36,871 bases of DNA from Candidatus Rokubacteria bacterium GWA2_73_35. GTDB lineage: Bacteria; Methylomirabilota; Methylomirabilia; Rokubacteriales; CSP1-6. The notes beneath the pieces are model-generated. The model was given only the letters and a program-made list of their open reading frames with translations. It had not been told where the DNA came from and did not search any database. Made by a program: the position numbers and the translations under genes. The DNA lies in the NCBI GenBank assembly GCA_001790205.1, contig MGBU01000238.1, positions 1 to 36,871 of the forward strand, read 5' to 3'. This document shows, piece after piece, positions 33,762 to 36,871 of this stretch. Numbering within the stretch: the first letter of the stretch is position 1; the number at the start of each line of letters is the position of its first letter.

Positions 33762-34901
33762 ATGGAGTTCGCCTTCACACCTGAGCAGGTCGAGTTCCAC
33801 CGGAGCGTCGCCCAGTTCTGCGAGCGCGAGATCGTCCCGATCGCGGGCGAGTGCGACGCCCGCGGCGAGTTCCCGCTCCACCTCTTCCGGGCGCTCGGCC
33901 GGCTCGGGTGGCTCGGCGTGAAGTTCCCGGCCGAGTGGGGCGGCGCGGGCGAGGGCAACGTCACCTACGCGATCCTCGCCGAGGAGCTGGGCCGCGCCTC
34001 CGCCGGCATCGCCCTCGGCTTCTACGTCCACGTGGCGCTCGCGCTGACGGCGATCAGCGCGTTCGGGACCAGTGAGCAGAAGGCGCGCTATCTGAGGCCC
34101 GGGATTGCCGGCGAGAAGATCGGCGCGTGGTCCTTCGCCGAGCCCGGCGCGGGCTCGGACCCGGGCTCGATCGCCTGCCGCGCCGAGAAGACGGCCGCGG
34201 GCTATCGCATCACGGGCACCAAGATGTTCACCACGAACGGCCCCTTCGCCGACTTCGTCGTGCTCACCGCCGCGACGGCGCCCGGCCAGGGCGTCCGGGG
34301 GCTCTCGCTCTTCCTCGTGGACCGCGGGCTCCCCGGCTTCACGGTGGCGCGCCGGATCGAGACCATGGGCATGCGCGCCGCGCAGACGGCCGAGCTCGTC
34401 TTCGACGGCTGCGAGGTCCCCGCCGCCGCGCTCCTGGGCGAGGAGAACCGCGGGGCGATGACGGCGATGCAGACGCTGACGCTCGGGCGGATCACCGCCG
34501 CGGCGTACGCCGTCGGCACCGGCCGCGCGGCGCTGGAGGCGACGCTCGCGTACGTCCGGCAGCGCCAGCAATTCGGCCAGCCCGTCGGGAAGTTCCAGGG
34601 CGTCCAGTGGATGCTCGCCGACATGGCGACGGCGCTCGAGGCCGCGCGCCTGCTCACCTACCAGGCCGCGTGGCTCGCCGACGCGGGACGCCCCCATATC
34701 ATGGAGGCGTCCATGGCCAAGCTCTTCGCCACGGAGACGGCCACGCGCCTGGCGAACGACGCGCTCCAGCTCCACGGGGGCTACGGCTACGTCACGGAGT
34801 CGCCCATCCAGCGCCTCTACCGCGACGTGAAGCTCTTCGAGATCGGCGAGGGCACCTCGCAGATCCACCGGAACATCATCGCCCGCCAGCTCGGGCTCTG
34901 A
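33762..34901 (+). CDS. Acyl-CoA dehydrogenase (short/medium-chain-type catalytic Glu)
   Basis: FAEPGAGSDP, GTKMFTTNG, RQQFGQPVGKFQ, ASMAKLFATE, LHGGYGY, IGEGTSQI. Confidence 0.92.
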   Translation: MEFAFTPEQVEFHRSVAQFCEREIVPIAGECDARGEFPLHLFRALGRLGWLGVKFPAEWGGAGEGNVTYAILAEELGRASAGIALGFYVHVALALTAISAFGTSEQKARYLRPGIAGEKIGAWSFAEPGAGSDPGSIACRAEKTAAGYRITGTKMFTTNGPFADFVVLTAATAPGQGVRGLSLFLVDRGLPGFTVARRIETMGMRAAQTAELVFDGCEVPAAALLGEENRGAMTAMQTLTLGRITAAAYAVGTGRAALEATLAYVRQRQQFGQPVGKFQGVQWMLADMATALEAARLLTYQAAWLADAGRPHIMEASMAKLFATETATRLANDALQLHGGYGYVTESPIQRLYRDVKLFEIGEGTSQIHRNIIARQLGL

Positions 34902-34914
34902 TCCGCCTGCTGGA

Positions 34915-35760
34915 ATGGGGACTTCGCACCGGAAGGTCCGCGAGCGCCGCGCCCGGAGACAGGCCCTCCAGGCGGCGGCCGTCAGTGTCTTCGCCGAGAA
35001 GGGGTTCTCGCGCGCGACGATCGAGGACATCGCACGACAGGCCGAGGTCTCCGTCGGGACGATCTACCTCTACTATCGCTCCAAGGAAGACCTCTACGTC
35101 TCGCTCCTCTTCGAGAGCATGGAGCGCATGCGCGAGGCGATCGAGAAGATCATGGCGTCCGGGCTCGCGCCCGACCGGCAGCTCAAGCGCGTGTGGGACT
35201 ACTTCCACGCCTACCACGCGCGCTTCCCGCAGTCCTATCGCGTGCTGGTGTTCCTCCAGCAGCCGGGCCTCACCGCGGGCATCTCGCCGAAGACGCTCCA
35301 GGAGATCAACGTGCGTGCGGCGCGGAACTTCTCGCTGGTGAGCCACATCGTGGCGGCGGCGATCGACAAGGGGATCTACCGGCCTCACGAGCCGCGGGAG
35401 ATCGTGGATCTCCTCTGGTCGTTGTTCCTGGGGCTCGTCCACCTTTCGGAGACCCGCGCCAACCTCGGCGTGCGGATCTCGAGGCTCGAGGATCTGCACC
35501 GCAAGGCGTTCGCCTGGTTCGAGGAGGGACTGCGCACGGCGTCACGGGGCGGGGCCGCCTCATCGGCGACGACCGCGCGGATCACACCGCCTGCGCCTCC
35601 TCGGGCAGCGCCACGCGCTCGGGCACGGCGCCGAGCGCCTCGACCTCGGCCGCGATCCACGCCGCGAGCAGCGCGGCGGCGGCCGCGTGGAGCCGCTCGG
35701 GTGTCGCGCCGGCCACCGCGCCGGCGAACGCCTCCGCCCAGCGCCCGAGGTGGTCGGTGA
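34915..35760 (+). CDS. TetR/AcrR-family transcriptional regulator (C-terminal ~70 aa probably run-on)
   Basis: AAVSVFAEKGFSRATIEDIARQAEVSVGTIYLYYRSKEDLY. The fold appears to end near ..WFEEGL; the remaining tail overlaps the antisense TorD gene by 179 bp. Confidence 0.88.
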   Translation: MGTSHRKVRERRARRQALQAAAVSVFAEKGFSRATIEDIARQAEVSVGTIYLYYRSKEDLYVSLLFESMERMREAIEKIMASGLAPDRQLKRVWDYFHAYHARFPQSYRVLVFLQQPGLTAGISPKTLQEINVRAARNFSLVSHIVAAAIDKGIYRPHEPREIVDLLWSLFLGLVHLSETRANLGVRISRLEDLHRKAFAWFEEGLRTASRGGAASSATTARITPPAPPRAAPRARARRRAPRPRPRSTPRAARRRPRGAARVSRRPPRRRTPPPSARGGR

Positions 35761-36265
35761 GGAAGGCGCGCTCCACGCCTCGCGTCACCGCGAGGGTGTC
35801 CGGCTCGTCGTCGGCCAGCGCGCAGGCCTCGCGGAGCGCGAGCCCGCCCATGAACTCGAGCTCCGCGGCGATGTGGTCCTCCATGTCGGGCTCCGCGGCG
35901 GAGCCGGCTCCGAACGTCTCGTAGAAGCCGACGACGTCGGCCACGCACGCCGCCGCGTCGGCGAACGACGAGAGGTCGCCGCAGACGCTCTCCCAGGGCG
36001 CGCAGCGTTCCGTGCGCCCGAAGAGGAAGGCGTGCTCGGCGGCCGCGGCGGACAGGTCCACCTCGCTCGCGGCCAGCGCGAGCCCCGCGAGCCGGTCGCG
36101 CAGGGCCCCGCGGGCCGCGGCGGCCGCAGTCGCGCCGCCGAGCGCCACCTCGGCGAGGCGCGCCTCGGTCGGGTGGCGGAACGCGGCGCCGAGGAGCCGG
36201 TAGATGGCAGCGCGCTGGAGGGCCTCCGCCACGAGCACCGCGTCCGCCGGACTTGAGAACTTCAT
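35582..36265 (-). CDS. Second TorD/DmsD-family chaperone (orphan)
   Basis: RAAIYRLLGAAFRHP, APWESV, FYETFG, EDHIAAELEFM, FLTDHLGRW. Confidence 0.85.
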   Translation of the reverse strand: MKFSSPADAVLVAEALQRAAIYRLLGAAFRHPTEARLAEVALGGATAAAAARGALRDRLAGLALAASEVDLSAAAAEHAFLFGRTERCAPWESVCGDLSSFADAAACVADVVGFYETFGAGSAAEPDMEDHIAAELEFMGGLALREACALADDEPDTLAVTRGVERAFLTDHLGRWAEAFAGAVAGATPERLHAAAAALLAAWIAAEVEALGAVPERVALPEEAQAV

Positions 36266-36280
36266 CCCAGCCTGCCGGAT

Positions 36281-36296
36281 CGCAAGAGCGATGCCA
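36281..36296 (-). promoter_or_regulatory. Sigma-54 (-24/-12) promoter of the orphan TorD gene
   Basis: Minus strand TGGCATCGCTCTTGCG: GG-N10-GC with TGGCA and TTGC conserved, 15 bp before the ATG. Confidence 0.7.
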
Positions 36297-36311
36297 CGGG
36301 CCGGGCCCCGC

Positions 36312-36324
36312 TAAGTCCTTGATT
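36312..36324 (-). promoter_or_regulatory. IHF binding site
   Basis: Minus strand AATCAAGGACTTA is an exact WATCAA-N4-TTR match, just upstream of the -24 element. Confidence 0.6.
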
Positions 36325-36457
36325 CGCCGAACGGCCCAGGTCCGTGGTGCGGGCGGCCCAGCGGGCGGCTTGGGGCGGCGGCGCCCACGTGGGGCGCCCT
36401 CGCCCCGCGCCCGCCTCGCGTCGGCCCGGGCGCGGGGGCGCGTGCTACTATCCGCGC

Positions 36458-36871
36458 GTGCCAGGCCACGACGTCGGCGCATTCCTCGGAACGAGCCCGA
36501 TGTTCGCGGGGCTGCCGGGCAAGGAGGTCCAGGCGCTCGCGACGGTCGCGCGCGAGGAGGCGTACCGCCCGCGCGAGTACATCTTCATGGAGGGCGAGCC
36601 CGCGCTCTGGTTCTGCGTCGTCAGGTCGGGGCACGTCAAGATCCTCAAGCACTCCCGCACGGGCAAGGACGTCGTCCTCGAGCTCCTCGGCCCGGGCGAG
36701 CCCTTCGGCGGCATCGCGGTCATCGAGCGGCGCACCTACCCCGCCGCGGCGCAGGCCACCGAGCCGAGCGTGATCGTCAGGATCCCCCGGGAGCCGGTCG
36801 TCGCGCTCGCCGAGCGCTACCCGTCGATCATCAAGGAGATGGCGCTCATGGTCGGCCGGCGACTCCGGGAC
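36458..36871 (+). CDS. Crp/Fnr-family transcriptional regulator (cNMP-binding domain), 3'-truncated by window edge
   Basis: Not in the ORF track. My translation from GTG 36458: MPGHDVGAFLGTSPMFAGL...YIFMEGEPALWFCVVRSGHVKILKHSRTGKDVVLELLGPGEPFGGIAVIERRTYPAAAQA... No N-terminal FNR Cys cluster. Extended -10 TGcTACTAT at 36443-36451. Confidence 0.88.
   Translation, partial: MPGHDVGAFLGTSPMFAGLPGKEVQALATVAREEAYRPREYIFMEGEPALWFCVVRSGHVKILKHSRTGKDVVLELLGPGEPFGGIAVIERRTYPAAAQATEPSVIVRIPREPVVALAERYPSIIKEMALMVGRRLRD

Noticed and set aside
1-36871. CRISPR arrays, tRNA/rRNA genes, transposases, integrases, prophage genes
   Set aside because: None recognised by eye. Intergenic gaps are short and show no regularly spaced repeats; a covariance search was not possible.

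Overview
Very GC-rich, gene-dense bacterial window. The style and gene content would fit Ca. Rokubacteria/Methylomirabilota, but that is inference only. Left to right: the end of a Liv-type ABC transporter (2 ATPases), a TlpA-like thioredoxin, nicotinamidase, a tandem-USP protein and a DevS/DevR(NarX/NarL)-like two-component system. Next is a ~20 kb periplasmic redox island (7335-27225) with three modules. (i) A cupredoxin-like protein, one 4-heme protein made of two fused cytochrome c peroxidase units, a Tat-Rieske subunit and an AioA-related molybdoenzyme whose motifs fit the iodate-reductase (IdrABP1P2) type better than canonical arsenite oxidase. (ii) A CydA-like bd-like membrane protein with no CydB, plus two c-type cytochromes. 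(iii) On the opposite strand and convergent, a periplasmic Nitrospira/anammox-type nitrite oxidoreductase operon (diheme-c/EB_dh gamma-like subunit, nxrA, small ORF, nxrB, TorD chaperone, Cys-rich ORF). A TetR-associated acyl-CoA catabolic operon follows, then a second orphan TorD chaperone with a sigma54/IHF-type promoter and a 3'-truncated Crp/Fnr regulator. The most notable signal is the physical coupling of an Idr-like system with fused peroxidases, a bd-like module and a periplasmic NXR. All functional calls come from motif recognition by eye; no searches were run.
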